DNA of 64,000 bases from a virus (IMGVR_UViG_3300035698_029335:13459-77458); one strand, 5' to 3'; shown: positions 45,059 to 55,557, numbered from the stretch's first letter. Translations and numbers: made by a program. The notes: generated by a model from the letters alone, not told the origin.

Positions 45059-45993
45059 TATTTTCTCCTACTCTTCGTAACATCGCCACTGTGGTATGGG
45101 AAACCCCTACTTCGTTTCCTGTCACTTAACCGAAGCTTCCTATTCCACCCTAATGGGCTGGTATGTAAGACAGTAAACTCACATGAGAATTTTATAGTCT
45201 GTGGAATTAACACTCCCTCAGCGACACCATCAATGCCAGAGTGTCCGAAAAACCCTTGCTCAATATCAGGTTCATAAGTCAACCCAGAGAGCTTACCTGT
45301 TAGCCCCGATGACGCTGCTCCGCCTCTAATACTTGCTCCATCGCGATTGTCCATGATTAGGTTTGCAAATTTCAACTTAAACAATGGTGCTGCAACCATA
45401 ACGCCTACCTTTCTCTTAATACCACCCCGCTTTCCGGCTAATATTTCTTGTTGAACTCTTTTTTCTGCAGCGAGTGCATTATTCTCCGCTGTTCCTGTTG
45501 CTGTATCGCCTGCTTCCAAGGTGTCCAAATAAGCCTGGTTAGCTCTATCAATACCAGCATCTTCGGTAGAAGAAGAAGCTGTATTAAGTTCCTCATATGT
45601 CGGATACAACATTGATATAAAACGTTCGGCTTCCCGTAAATTGAACCTTGCTTCTTCTACCGAAGCTGCTGGTACATCCCAAGACAGAGTAATGACTCGT
45701 CCTGTACGCTTAAAGGTGGAAATAGGGTCCATTCTACCAAATGTCTCTTGGTCGTTCCAAGTCGACTCATAACGGTCCTTAAAGTCAGTCAAAAAAGCCT
45801 TGAAATGCACTGTCGCACCGGTAGCTACTGAATGCCAATGGATAACATGACCCTTAGCGGTCGCTGTAGGTCGCTGAGTTCCTATATTATCAGACATATC
45901 AGAAAAGTGGTGACCATACCGGTCTTTGCCACGATTCACTCGCTCTTTATCGTTCAGCGAGTCATCTAATTGTCCTTTTCCATCACTCGACAT
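45058..45993 (-). CDS. tail tube initiator / baseplate protein
   Basis: F.AFLT.F.D.Y.S.W.....GR.DPI..F..T.R.I; follows the tape measure gene. Confidence 0.6.
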   Translation of the reverse strand: MSSDGKGQLDDSLNDKERVNRGKDRYGHHFSDMSDNIGTQRPTATAKGHVIHWHSVATGATVHFKAFLTDFKDRYESTWNDQETFGRMDPISTFKRTGRVITLSWDVPAASVEEARFNLREAERFISMLYPTYEELNTASSSTEDAGIDRANQAYLDTLEAGDTATGTAENNALAAEKRVQQEILAGKRGGIKRKVGVMVAAPLFKLKFANLIMDNRDGASIRGGAASSGLTGKLSGLTYEPDIEQGFFGHSGIDGVAEGVLIPQTIKFSCEFTVLHTSPLGWNRKLRLSDRKRSRGFPYHSGDVTKSRRK

Positions 45994-46034
45994 TCCTATT
46001 ACCCCTCTTTATCATACTTAGTCCGCCAAATATA

Positions 46035-48425
46035 TTATTCTAATGGAGTACGAGTTGTTCTACCACCAAGTACACTCTCATTAGCCTTTATTCTCGCCTT
46101 AATTTCAGAATCCAAAACACGACCAATTTCTTTCTTATCAATAACGAGCTTAATGTTAGGTTTAATGATGACTTGTGGTGCAGGTCCATTTACTTGAGGT
46201 TGATTACGATTCGAGGTGTTTTGAGCGTATTTAGCGCTGGCACTATTCATCTTGTTTACACTCTGTGTCGCAGTGGCTATCTGTGATGACGAGGCTGCCG
46301 CTCCAGAGGCTACAGCAGCACCAGCTAACACTGGCGCACCAATCATATAAGAGAAGGTCATAGCCTTTGTGAGAGGCATTCTTTCGATACTATTAACAAT
46401 ATTATTAATTTCTTGAGCTATCCTACTGTACCCTGCAATAGCTCCGGTGAAATCCACTCCCTTAAGTGTCGAATTGAACGCGCTCATAGCAAGGAGTACC
46501 CCAACAACTAGTGGAGCCACGAGAGCTATTGCGCCCATTGCTAATACTGATGTTGTGAAGGAACCTAATGCAGCTGCTGAAGCCAGCAACTGAGTTGGAG
46601 ACAACTTGGCAATTTCTGTCACTAATGCAGTTATGCCTTTCACAGCAACCCAAATTCCTACGCCAACCAAGGCAATACCACCGCCAATAAGAAGCATGGT
46701 GCCTCCCAATGCCAATAAGCCAGGAGCAGTAGCGGTTGCAGCTGCGCCCAATGCAGCGATACCTCCAGCTGCAGCTGTTGCACCTGCGCCTGCTGCGGCA
46801 CCACCAGCACCAATTGGACCCAATGATAAGCCGAAAAGTGCCGTTAACTTTGTGCCTATTACGAGCGCAGCAAAGAGACCAACCAGCGCAGCAAAGAAAC
46901 CAACCAAGATTGGCATCAAGACTCCGCCCATCATATCACTTATAGCCAAAAGACCATCCAAAACAAATTTAAATGTATTTACAAGCGGTCTAAGGCTCAC
47001 GGCAAATCTCATCATCACTGCCTGTAGCTGTGCAAAGATCGATTGTACATGCTTTGCATTTGCAGCCAGTTCAGCTTGTGATTTTGCAGCTTTCTTTTGT
47101 GCTTCTGTCATCCCGATCATTTGAGGGTTAAAAATTGCAGCCGCCTCGGTCATATCAGTGATACCTGCAGCATTCGCAACAGCCATCTTTAGAAACTTGC
47201 TCATTTCATGCCATTGTTGACCAGACAATTTTATAGAATCCTGCATCATCTTCAATCTTTCGTCTTCGGAAGCCAATAGCAAATCAACACTGTTAAGCAA
47301 ATCACCACCCAATATAGCATTAAGTTTGCCAGCTGAATCAGCTGCACCTTCAAATGTATTCATCTGGGAAGTAATAGCTAGCAAACTCTCAATAGCTACA
47401 CCAGTTCGTTTAGCACCTTCTGCCAAGTTCTTGAACACATCCACCATATTGGCGCCATGTTGAGCCAGTTGCGGAGCAGCATTTGCAAAGCCTTCTGCTA
47501 TTGCTGCAGGAGGCATAGCCAGAGCCTCTGCTGTAGCTATAAGCTCACGCTGCAGAACTTCTGCTTGCGTAACGGTCATACCCAGGGATCTAGTTGCAAT
47601 ATTTAAGTTTGATGCAGTTGTCGACGCATCAACACCCATCTTTTCTAGGATGGCAGTAGTCTTAGCTAGAGCTTGTTGTGACTGCGCACTTAAGGCGGTA
47701 AATTCCGCCATACCAACGTAAAGAGTTTGGATTGCATGCGCTGAATCGCTAGATGTGATGCCGAATTGACCAGTAGAACGTTCTATATCGACGATCATAT
47801 CGTTATATTTGCCCGCTGCGCCAGTGACCTTATTAAAAGAAGCTAGTGCTTCCTCTTGTGCAGCCAACAACAACAAGCTTGCCTGAACCATCGTGTCAAT
47901 GCCAGCTGTAGCTACATTTATTGGAGAAACCTGCTTCTTGAGGGTCACTAATGCAGCTGCCATCGATATACTGAACTTTTCGCCAGAGTGCAACATATGA
48001 CCAGCCATTGTTTCTGCCTCACCAGTAATGCCGGTAAATCTAGAAATAGCGCTGCTTAGCTTGTTAACATATCCATCTAATGCATTGCTCTGTTGAGCGA
48101 CCAATTCAAGAATCTCTTCGTTCTCTTGTCGAGTCTTGACGTACTCTTCTGCAGTTATCTTACCCATTTCGAATTGAGTTTTAGCCTCTCTAACAAGAAG
48201 CTTTGCTATCTCAAGTTCTTTCTGCTGTATCTCTTTATGAACATTTAATTGACTGCCAATATCAGACTCAAACTTAAGGCGTTTCTCGATAAGGACGAGC
48301 TCCGCTGCAAGCTCGCCCTTACTTGCTTCGATAATAGCTAGCCTTTTTTCAGCTGACTTATTCAACTCTTCGGAAAGACGTAAAGCCTCCGCAAGTATTT
48401 TTGGGTCTATTATTTCATCTGCCAT
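46035..48425 (-). CDS. tape measure protein
   Basis: Ala-rich helical protein with hydrophobic Gly/Ala segments, between tube/chaperone and baseplate genes. Confidence 0.8.
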   Translation of the reverse strand: MADEIIDPKILAEALRLSEELNKSAEKRLAIIEASKGELAAELVLIEKRLKFESDIGSQLNVHKEIQQKELEIAKLLVREAKTQFEMGKITAEEYVKTRQENEEILELVAQQSNALDGYVNKLSSAISRFTGITGEAETMAGHMLHSGEKFSISMAAALVTLKKQVSPINVATAGIDTMVQASLLLLAAQEEALASFNKVTGAAGKYNDMIVDIERSTGQFGITSSDSAHAIQTLYVGMAEFTALSAQSQQALAKTTAILEKMGVDASTTASNLNIATRSLGMTVTQAEVLQRELIATAEALAMPPAAIAEGFANAAPQLAQHGANMVDVFKNLAEGAKRTGVAIESLLAITSQMNTFEGAADSAGKLNAILGGDLLNSVDLLLASEDERLKMMQDSIKLSGQQWHEMSKFLKMAVANAAGITDMTEAAAIFNPQMIGMTEAQKKAAKSQAELAANAKHVQSIFAQLQAVMMRFAVSLRPLVNTFKFVLDGLLAISDMMGGVLMPILVGFFAALVGLFAALVIGTKLTALFGLSLGPIGAGGAAAGAGATAAAGGIAALGAAATATAPGLLALGGTMLLIGGGIALVGVGIWVAVKGITALVTEIAKLSPTQLLASAAALGSFTTSVLAMGAIALVAPLVVGVLLAMSAFNSTLKGVDFTGAIAGYSRIAQEINNIVNSIERMPLTKAMTFSYMIGAPVLAGAAVASGAAASSSQIATATQSVNKMNSASAKYAQNTSNRNQPQVNGPAPQVIIKPNIKLVIDKKEIGRVLDSEIKARIKANESVLGGRTTRTPLE

Positions 48426-48442
48426 TAAGTGGTGCCTCTATT

Positions 48443-48823
48443 TTAGTCTGAAAATGCCCAAGGTATTCCGGTGGCTCTTGTGAACTTTGCCGTTGCAGCA
48501 TCTAACTCTGCTTTACTTCTATATGTTCTGGGGTTATCTAGTCCATATTCGGAAAAAGCCTCTAAATACCTTTTCTCTCTAGAGAGCGCTTTTGCGAAAC
48601 TATCTATCTGAGATGGGCTACCTTTTATTTTAATAGGTAGTGAACTTCCTCGAAACATAGCACTCATTATATCTTTGATCCAAGCACCCATCATGCCCAA
48701 CAAGCCTTCATCGAGATTACCTGCTCTATATGACCCTAAATCAAGCACCATTGGTGGAATTTCACCGTCGTCTGCTATTACAGCGCCAGCTTGATGTGAT
48801 TCTTCAATATCTTCTTGCTTCAT
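48443..48823 (-). CDS. hypothetical late protein
   Basis: Late motif at 48842-48849, GAGGT SD. Confidence 0.6.
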   Translation of the reverse strand: MKQEDIEESHQAGAVIADDGEIPPMVLDLGSYRAGNLDEGLLGMMGAWIKDIMSAMFRGSSLPIKIKGSPSQIDSFAKALSREKRYLEAFSEYGLDNPRTYRSKAELDAATAKFTRATGIPWAFSD

Positions 48824-48854
48824 TTTATATACCTCGCCCTATAAATAGTGTCAC

Positions 48855-48883
48855 AAAAAAGAAGGAGGCATGTGCCTCCCCTT
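48855..48883 (-). terminator. intrinsic terminator
   Basis: GGAGGCAC..GCCTCC stem then TTCTTTTTT. Confidence 0.7.
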
Positions 48884-48884
48884 A

Positions 48885-49058
48885 TTATCGTTCTGTAGCT
48901 TCTGCTTCCAACTCTTTCTGTTTTACCAGTTTAGTAAACATCCACTTTCTTAACTTCACGTGCATGTTGTATGATTCTTGAAAGCCAAAGTTTCCATGGT
49001 AATTCAAGTAAAAAAGTTGTTCATAAACCTTTTCGATGTAATTATCGCTTAGACCAAA
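48885..49058 (-). CDS. probable frameshift-accessed C-terminal extension of the tail assembly chaperone
   Basis: No SD-led start; overlaps the upstream gene end at TTC TTT TGG; Y.M...LRKW motif. Confidence 0.55.
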   Translation of the reverse strand, partial: FGLSDNYIEKVYEQLFYLNYHGNFGFQESYNMHVKLRKWMFTKLVKQKELEAEATER

Positions 49059-49905
49059 AGAAGTCCGTATTAAACGGCACCTCCATTTCTGTTTCGAAAT
49101 CACAATCACTACACTTAAATGGTTGTCGCAATTCTATACTAGGCGCTAACCCAGCATATACCTTTCTAAGATGTCTGGCATCTACTGCAATCATGGATTC
49201 AATAGCATTTTCCAATTTAATACTATTCTTCTCATCGTTGATTGAAACAATAAACAACTTCATCTGCTCTGTGACAGTGTTTTCCGGCTGTTTATTCTTC
49301 TTTCGTTTAGCTAGTGTATCAGTCAGACTTCTCTCATCTCTACCAGAAAGAAGTCTGACTTCTACGTTCCATTTCGATCTAGGTAAAAGAATTTTCCACG
49401 TCCCATTTTCGGTAACAGTGGCTAAACTTGCATCACCCCCTTTAACGGTTTGCTGTTGTTCTAGATCAAACTTGAAATCTGTTTTTGCTTCACATGCCTG
49501 ACATACAACGCTCGTCTCGTAATCTGAGCCGTAGCCTGTAATCCTGGCAGCTATAAGTATAGCATTCTTGTCGGCTATTAGCATGTCGTCCGTTGACACT
49601 TTAGGTTCGATAAGAACACTTTCAACTAGGCGATTCAAAGCGACACCCTTTTTAAGCAAACTTCTGTTTACAAGGATATCTTCTTCCTTCGCCGTCATAT
49701 ACCTGATTTCTACTGTAGATCGACCTGCAAATGGGTGACCATCTGGATAATAGAGCCCCCGAGATGGCAAGTCGACTTGTTCTGTTGGCATCGGAAAGGA
49801 TAACCCTTCTGGAGCCGATGTTGTTTCTTTTTGTGCTTCTACAAGCAAAGAAGCACGTTCAGGCTCATCAACCCCGATACGTGCTTCATTATCTCTCTCT
49901 GTCAT
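49042..49905 (-). CDS. tail assembly chaperone / gp26-like hub assembly protein
   Basis: LPSRG..Y, MTAKEEDIL, two CxxC, ends DFFW; follows the tube gene. Confidence 0.7.
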   Translation of the reverse strand: MTERDNEARIGVDEPERASLLVEAQKETTSAPEGLSFPMPTEQVDLPSRGLYYPDGHPFAGRSTVEIRYMTAKEEDILVNRSLLKKGVALNRLVESVLIEPKVSTDDMLIADKNAILIAARITGYGSDYETSVVCQACEAKTDFKFDLEQQQTVKGGDASLATVTENGTWKILLPRSKWNVEVRLLSGRDERSLTDTLAKRKKNKQPENTVTEQMKLFIVSINDEKNSIKLENAIESMIAVDARHLRKVYAGLAPSIELRQPFKCSDCDFETEMEVPFNTDFFWSKR

Positions 49906-49928
49906 TCTAACCTCGTGAAACTAAAGTT

Positions 49929-50561
49929 TTAGTTTAGCTTCCATCTAGTATTTGCTTCGAGCCCAAGTGCTCCAATGATTTCATCTGCTTCGCTATGTCC
50001 AGAATTAGCTCCTGGTGCTGATTCAAGCTCTGCCCAGTCATACGTAATTTGGATTTTAATCTCTGACAAGTCGTCTGAATCATAGTCCAAGTCGCCAAAG
50101 TCGACATCAGAAATCCAAGCATTTTTCAAACGCCATGTTTCCAACTTTCCGTCTGCTGTTTCTGGCAGACCTTCCGAACCGAAGTTAGCTGGGTGATTGT
50201 CGCCCCATTGTTCGATAGTGATTGAGCCAAGCATGGAGACCGCTGAAGCTTTCGACATTGTCGTAACATCATTAGGAGTCTTTGGGATGATATACCCTGA
50301 AGCCTCAAGAATAGATGTCAATCCTTTTGCAGCATCTGGATTGGTTGGATCAACAATAGTAATCTCTACGTCATTCCACTCTACACGACCAGGATATTTA
50401 AAAGTATGATTAACATACTTGTGTTCAGCCTTCGTAACTGACATTTTTGGCTTAGTGGCTTTCTTTGCGACAAACGTTAGTCCGCCATCAAAAGCACCAA
50501 AGCGCACAAGAAAGCGATACTTTCTTTTTGGTTCTAAAGTTTTGTCTGTCCAAAATGCCAT
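49929..50561 (-). CDS. tail tube protein (gp19-like)
   Basis: EPKR.YRF, K.PGR..W, W.L.NAW...VDFGDLDY, I.YDWA. Confidence 0.85.
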   Translation of the reverse strand: MAFWTDKTLEPKRKYRFLVRFGAFDGGLTFVAKKATKPKMSVTKAEHKYVNHTFKYPGRVEWNDVEITIVDPTNPDAAKGLTSILEASGYIIPKTPNDVTTMSKASAVSMLGSITIEQWGDNHPANFGSEGLPETADGKLETWRLKNAWISDVDFGDLDYDSDDLSEIKIQITYDWAELESAPGANSGHSEADEIIGALGLEANTRWKLN

Positions 50562-50588
50562 ATTAAAGCCCTCTCTAGTGATACGCTA

Positions 50589-50596
50589 TAAATAGT
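50589..50596 (-). promoter_or_regulatory. putative late promoter ACTATTTA
   Basis: 28 bp upstream of the tube ATG. Confidence 0.65.
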
Positions 50597-50604
50597 GTCG
50601 GTCT

Positions 50605-51561
50605 TTAAGAACCACCGTTTTTTATTTTTTTCTTATCGAAGTCGCTTTCCCACATCTCCACTACTGTATACCCTTGTTTTTGAAGACTTTTCTTCCTTAG
50701 TTGCCATTCCGTGTACAATTTACCATACTTCTTCTTGGTCACAGGATTGACTTCCTCGGGTGAAAACTTGTCTGGGTTACCATGCCAAAAGTCTCCAAGG
50801 AATTCATACACCGTATTTGTTTCAGGATCAAAACCATCTACTTTATACCTCCCTATCCTATGTTGTCTTAAGAGTTTGATAGCGCTCTTTGTTTCAGTTA
50901 AGGCAGTCTCTTGTTCAGCTGTTATACCTTCTAGCTGATCGAGCCAAACTACCTCCTTTCTTGAAACAGCTGTAGAACTGGAGCACTTTGGGCAACCACT
51001 ACCTTTAAAGAAATTGCTAGATGTCTTGAAAAAGGAACCGTGGTTGACGTCGGCTCGACAAATTATTTCAATCTTGGCTCTATTGTTCGTATAACATGAC
51101 TTTGAATAATCATATAATTCCTCTCCACACTTCCTTATAGCCTCCTGGGTCCATTCTTCAGTCGAAGGGATAGCTGTGCTAGCACATCGGGGACAACCTC
51201 TGCCATGCAAATGACTTGTAGCTACTTGCTTAAACATACCATGCTCTTTGCAAATTATTTCTACCTTTTTGCCACTGTTCTTATATTGCACTTGGCTATA
51301 GTCATATAAGTGTCCGTGTACCTCTCTTGCTTTCGTGATCCACTCATCGGTAGTTGGCACATACTTACCTGCGCATTTGGGGCACCCCTGACCTGCAGTG
51401 TGGTGATCGTTAGGCTTTTGCATAAAAGAGCCGTGTTCTTTACATATAATTTCTACCTTTGTATGTGAATTCTTATATTCAACCAAGCTGTAATCGTATC
51501 TATAATCATGCTTACGCCTGGCTCTTTCAACGAATTCTTCTGTAGTAAGTCTTCTTCCCAT
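50605..51561 (-). CDS. homing endonuclease with 3 Cys/His repeat modules, paralogue of 3737..4912
   Basis: Same modules and nearly the same nuclease domain (LLRQH.IGRY.VDGF.P.TNTVYEFLGDFWHGNP). Confidence 0.78.
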   Translation of the reverse strand: MGRRLTTEEFVERARRKHDYRYDYSLVEYKNSHTKVEIICKEHGSFMQKPNDHHTAGQGCPKCAGKYVPTTDEWITKAREVHGHLYDYSQVQYKNSGKKVEIICKEHGMFKQVATSHLHGRGCPRCASTAIPSTEEWTQEAIRKCGEELYDYSKSCYTNNRAKIEIICRADVNHGSFFKTSSNFFKGSGCPKCSSSTAVSRKEVVWLDQLEGITAEQETALTETKSAIKLLRQHRIGRYKVDGFDPETNTVYEFLGDFWHGNPDKFSPEEVNPVTKKKYGKLYTEWQLRKKSLQKQGYTVVEMWESDFDKKKIKNGGS

Positions 51562-51568
51562 ATTTTGC

Positions 51569-51597
51569 ACTATACCATACTCGTTGCTTTTTGTAAA
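51569..51597 (-). promoter_or_regulatory. sigma70 promoter, probably leaderless
   Basis: TTTACA-17bp-TATAGT with extended TG, 7 nt before the ATG. Confidence 0.6.
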
Positions 51598-51682
51598 GGA
51601 GAAGTTGTTGTTCTTACCCGGCAAGGGTGTAATAACACCTTAGTATTTAGTACTGTCGGGCGCTATTTGAAGAGCTGTCCAT

Positions 51683-51709
51683 AAATAAAAAGAGCCCCGA
51701 AGGGCTCTC
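51683..51709 (-). terminator. intrinsic terminator after the sheath gene
   Basis: AGAGCCC-TTCG-GGGCTCT-TTTT. Confidence 0.85.
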
Positions 51710-51741
51710 AATATATGCATTTAAGCTTATTTTACAGTAAC

Positions 51742-54621
51742 TTACAAGTCTTCGAAGCTTGCGCCAGTCTTGGAAATAATGAAATCCAAGGCGATAAATT
51801 CAATGGCACGCGCAGGCTTCAAGAAGATTTTCGCATACATAATGTTTCTATCAATAAGGTCAGCTGTTGTTGTTGACTCATCCAACACTACTTTGAATTC
51901 AGCCAAGCCGAATCGAGATTGTACCGACTCTAACAAAGGATTAACTTTGTTTAGGAAGCGCTCCCAAGTAGTCAACACATTTTGATCGAAAACAAGACGT
52001 GAAGAGATTCGAGAAATTTCCTTTCGGAGGAACAACATCAATCTACGTACGTTAATTCGATCCAAAGCAGATTGAGTAACTTGTAGAGTTTTTTGACCGA
52101 ATATAACGATCCCCTCTTGTGGGAACGAAGCAATAGGGTTAATATTTACTTCATAAAGCGCATCTCGTTGCTTGCTGTTAAGCTTTTCACGCACATCTGT
52201 TACTTGCAACCCAGAAGAGCCTTCTGTCAAGCCACCACGTGAGAAGCCTGCAGGAGCAAACCACAATTCTGTTTTAGCTGCCGAAGAACCCATTGTTCCC
52301 AAGGCAACAACCGAAGGTGGAACCCACAAAGGTGAACCAGACTCTGGATCATTAATCTTGACCCAAGGATAGTATGTACAAGCATAGCTTGTGTTAAGTC
52401 CACGGTTTTTCAAGTTATCGATTGTATTGGCTACTGAGCCGAGTCTCGACACTTCGGTCAAGGTGCTTTCATGTGCTGGAGTATAGCCACCATCAATGTC
52501 GATAATCGAAAGTGCATCTGCACGATTTTCAATTGTGTCAATAAGGTGATTAGTAATTCCAGCAGCAGTAACACCAGGGATAGCAGCAAGGTTCATATTC
52601 ACAACTTCCGGATCTCGAATCGTGTCAATTGCTTGTCGCAAAGAGTGCACTGCATAGTTGCCTGTCTCTGTTGCTCCACCCAATGCCAAGAAGCTATTGC
52701 GGAAAGGGTCTCTTTCTTTAATATCTAGACCATCAAAACCACCGAAAAGCGGCATAGTGAACTTATCATGTCCTCGATTCAAGATAGCCTTATAGCCATC
52801 AGTTGAGCCAGTTACACCAGTTGCAGCTGCAGTGACCGAAGTACCTGCTGCACGACTACCAGAAAGGTAGTAAGACTTGACTGTTGAGCCAGACACTGCA
52901 GTAATTTCATCAAGAGAGAAGATGAAGGAATAACTAGTGTTTGTACCAGCAATGTGAGAATCAACTCCATCAGGCTTAACACGCACTAAGTCACGATAAT
53001 CTTCATCAAACCTATTTGCATTGACTTTTTGAGAAATGGCACCAAAGTATGCATCTGAATGATTCAAAACACCAGCGTCAGAACTAGAAACACGCAACGC
53101 TAGCTTAGGGAACTCAAGGCTAGCTGAGAAGGTCGTAGGACCGCCAACAACAGCCACGGTACCAGCGGTAGCAGGAGCATGAGGAACCGAACCAGTACCC
53201 ACCATAAGGGCAGTTGCAGCAACGGCACTGCCACTTACCAAACTAACGCTATTAAAGCGAGGTGCACCAAAGAATCCAAATGGAAGCATTTCCGGCTCAA
53301 TACCGCCTTGCTCCACAATAGTATTCAACTCAACACGTACATAGGTCGACTTGTTGTCATAATCACCAAGCTCTCGGTGTTTCTTTTCAGACTTAGACCA
53401 AGAAACATATTTATCACCAATTCGTGCAGCAATAAAGTCGCCTGAGTTAGGGTCAAGGTTTACATTAGTAAATTGTTCCAAAACTTCTGGCTTCGAATCA
53501 GTATCGTTAACCTTACGGATTGCAACACTGAATGTGCCGAAACGATTGAAGTTGTTATTGGAAGCCTTGATATCAGAAATAGAAATCTTGATATTGTTCT
53601 GTTCCCACTCACCCGAACCATCGCCTTTGTTTACAACAAAACGGAAAAGCTTTGTCATGTCTGCAGCATCGTAGCTACCAGTTGCGTTGCTCAAATCTTG
53701 ACCAATAACCCAGCCACTCTTAGCAGCTTGGGCTTCTACACCTTGGAAGTCTGCATGGCTAACAGTGCTGTTTTCAAGCGCCACTAGGACACCAAAGCAA
53801 CTACCTGCGCTAGAACCGCTATTTTCATCAACTACAGTCTTTAAGAAGCCTTCATGAGTCTCCCCAAGGAAATAGGTAGCCAAGGATGCAGCGGGAGTCA
53901 CTGAGTCGTTAGTTAATGTAGGATTAGTGTTGAACACTTTTCTTACATACTTTGAAGAATTAGGATTAAAGTTAAATGTAGTGTTCTTAACAGTAGCACC
54001 AGATTCATCTTCTACAATTGCTTGGAATTCAAAAGAGCTGCCGATATTTGCAACAAAGTTTGCAGCACCTTCGGTACCAACATCATTGCCACCAAAATCA
54101 TTACCTACAAGACGGATTGCGCCTTTATCTAGATACCAAACAGCCGCCAGAGCGCCAGTAATGTTTGTCGCATAAGCGGATGCTGAAGGGACAATGAAGA
54201 GACCATACGCACCGCCGTTTGTTGCAACAGCAACATCTGCGGCTGGATTTTCTGTTTTCCACCCTGCCAATTGGTAACCAGTCGTCGTTGGTTCATCACT
54301 TTGGGTACCAAGTAGTCTAACTACAGTAATAGTTCCTGAGTTCTTCAAATAGGCTTGTGCTGCATACGCTGCATATGTTGGCGAAGTGGTATTACCATCT
54401 CTCCAGATGTCGCCGGTACCAGAACCTTTTACTGGTGTACCGAAAAGTTGAACGTAATCCGAGAAGCTACCTACAGTAGTAGGCACCATTCCTGGTCCAC
54501 GTTGTGTTCGTCCAATGATTACCGGACCAATAGGTCCAGCTGTGCGATTAATTTGCGAACGATCAATCTCGTCGACAAAAACGCCAGGTGATACAAAACG
54601 GAATTTCTTTGCTGTGCTCAT
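51742..54621 (-). CDS. tail sheath protein (gp18-like)
   Basis: SPGVFVDEID.S, GG.DG, YYPWV, PPS, WFAPAG..RG, INPI, GQKT, RINVRRL. Confidence 0.95.
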   Translation of the reverse strand: MSTAKKFRFVSPGVFVDEIDRSQINRTAGPIGPVIIGRTQRGPGMVPTTVGSFSDYVQLFGTPVKGSGTGDIWRDGNTTSPTYAAYAAQAYLKNSGTITVVRLLGTQSDEPTTTGYQLAGWKTENPAADVAVATNGGAYGLFIVPSASAYATNITGALAAVWYLDKGAIRLVGNDFGGNDVGTEGAANFVANIGSSFEFQAIVEDESGATVKNTTFNFNPNSSKYVRKVFNTNPTLTNDSVTPAASLATYFLGETHEGFLKTVVDENSGSSAGSCFGVLVALENSTVSHADFQGVEAQAAKSGWVIGQDLSNATGSYDAADMTKLFRFVVNKGDGSGEWEQNNIKISISDIKASNNNFNRFGTFSVAIRKVNDTDSKPEVLEQFTNVNLDPNSGDFIAARIGDKYVSWSKSEKKHRELGDYDNKSTYVRVELNTIVEQGGIEPEMLPFGFFGAPRFNSVSLVSGSAVAATALMVGTGSVPHAPATAGTVAVVGGPTTFSASLEFPKLALRVSSSDAGVLNHSDAYFGAISQKVNANRFDEDYRDLVRVKPDGVDSHIAGTNTSYSFIFSLDEITAVSGSTVKSYYLSGSRAAGTSVTAAATGVTGSTDGYKAILNRGHDKFTMPLFGGFDGLDIKERDPFRNSFLALGGATETGNYAVHSLRQAIDTIRDPEVVNMNLAAIPGVTAAGITNHLIDTIENRADALSIIDIDGGYTPAHESTLTEVSRLGSVANTIDNLKNRGLNTSYACTYYPWVKINDPESGSPLWVPPSVVALGTMGSSAAKTELWFAPAGFSRGGLTEGSSGLQVTDVREKLNSKQRDALYEVNINPIASFPQEGIVIFGQKTLQVTQSALDRINVRRLMLFLRKEISRISSRLVFDQNVLTTWERFLNKVNPLLESVQSRFGLAEFKVVLDESTTTADLIDRNIMYAKIFLKPARAIEFIALDFIISKTGASFEDL

Positions 54622-54680
54622 TCTTAGTCTCCCCAATGAAAATCCAGACTTATATATGGACTAACGATTTAATTCTAGTG

Positions 54681-54688
54681 TAAATAGT
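54681..54688 (-). promoter_or_regulatory. putative late promoter ACTATTTA
   Basis: Upstream of the sheath gene. Confidence 0.6.
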
Positions 54689-54711
54689 TCGGCTTGCCTG
54701 CAAAGGCTTTA

Positions 54712-55557
54712 CTAGAACAACTTTTTAGTATCCAAATTTTTAAGGTCGCCTACCATCACTTTTTCTCGTGTTACTTTGACCTCTACTTGGTTCTCTGTGA
54801 TGACGACTTTCGGCAAATCTTCGTTGTCACCTTGTCCTACTAGATACCCTAACACCTTGATATCTATCTTGGTCCTAAAGAGTCTCTCTTCTTCCCCTAA
54901 ATCTGAACCATTATTGTCCATACTGTAGCTTTGCTGGATAAAGCCTTCGAACTTGTGCCCATCTTTCTTGACCAAGATATTATTGTTTCCCCCAGGGAAA
55001 GTAACAAAAGGTTGTATCAAATCATTCATTTGCTGCTGATATTCTGTCTTTATGTCGATACTGTAGGTACTTTCTACGTACACTGGAATAGGTATGGACA
55101 TTGTTTGATACACAGTCTTATTACTTTCGCCAGTAAAGTTCGGTTGCGAGAAACGTCGCCGGGCATCTGCATTTGCAAACTTCGAAGTTTTAGCTTGGTT
55201 TATCTTTTTAGAGATCTCTAATGTACCTCCACGTATATCTCCCGGAAACTGCTTGTTCTTTGGCTGACTAGCCCAATATACGCCTCTCTTGCTCGGATCC
55301 TTGTCGAAGCCAGTTCTCTCCATAGTAATAACAGGCAAGATGAAGGTGCCTTGATTATCTCGCAATCTTTTATCTGTTTTTACTTGAAATGCTCTCTCTG
55401 CGGCAACCCAGATCACTGGAACCTTTTTCCACCCCTCATTGGTCGTGGTATGCAAGTTCATTTCTTCATTCAACCAATCAAAAATAGCGGAATCTATTGT
55501 TTCGATAGTTGAAGGATTAAACGGTATTTCATTATTTTCGTAAGGCTTCTTGCTCAT
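54712..55557 (-). CDS. tail terminator / sheath stabilizer (gp15-like)
   Basis: VPVI....E, LP.I...R, P.PV....Y.I.I......QMN.L..PF; synteny. Confidence 0.7.
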   Translation of the reverse strand: MSKKPYENNEIPFNPSTIETIDSAIFDWLNEEMNLHTTTNEGWKKVPVIWVAAERAFQVKTDKRLRDNQGTFILPVITMERTGFDKDPSKRGVYWASQPKNKQFPGDIRGGTLEISKKINQAKTSKFANADARRRFSQPNFTGESNKTVYQTMSIPIPVYVESTYSIDIKTEYQQQMNDLIQPFVTFPGGNNNILVKKDGHKFEGFIQQSYSMDNNGSDLGEEERLFRTKIDIKVLGYLVGQGDNEDLPKVVITENQVEVKVTREKVMVGDLKNLDTKKLF

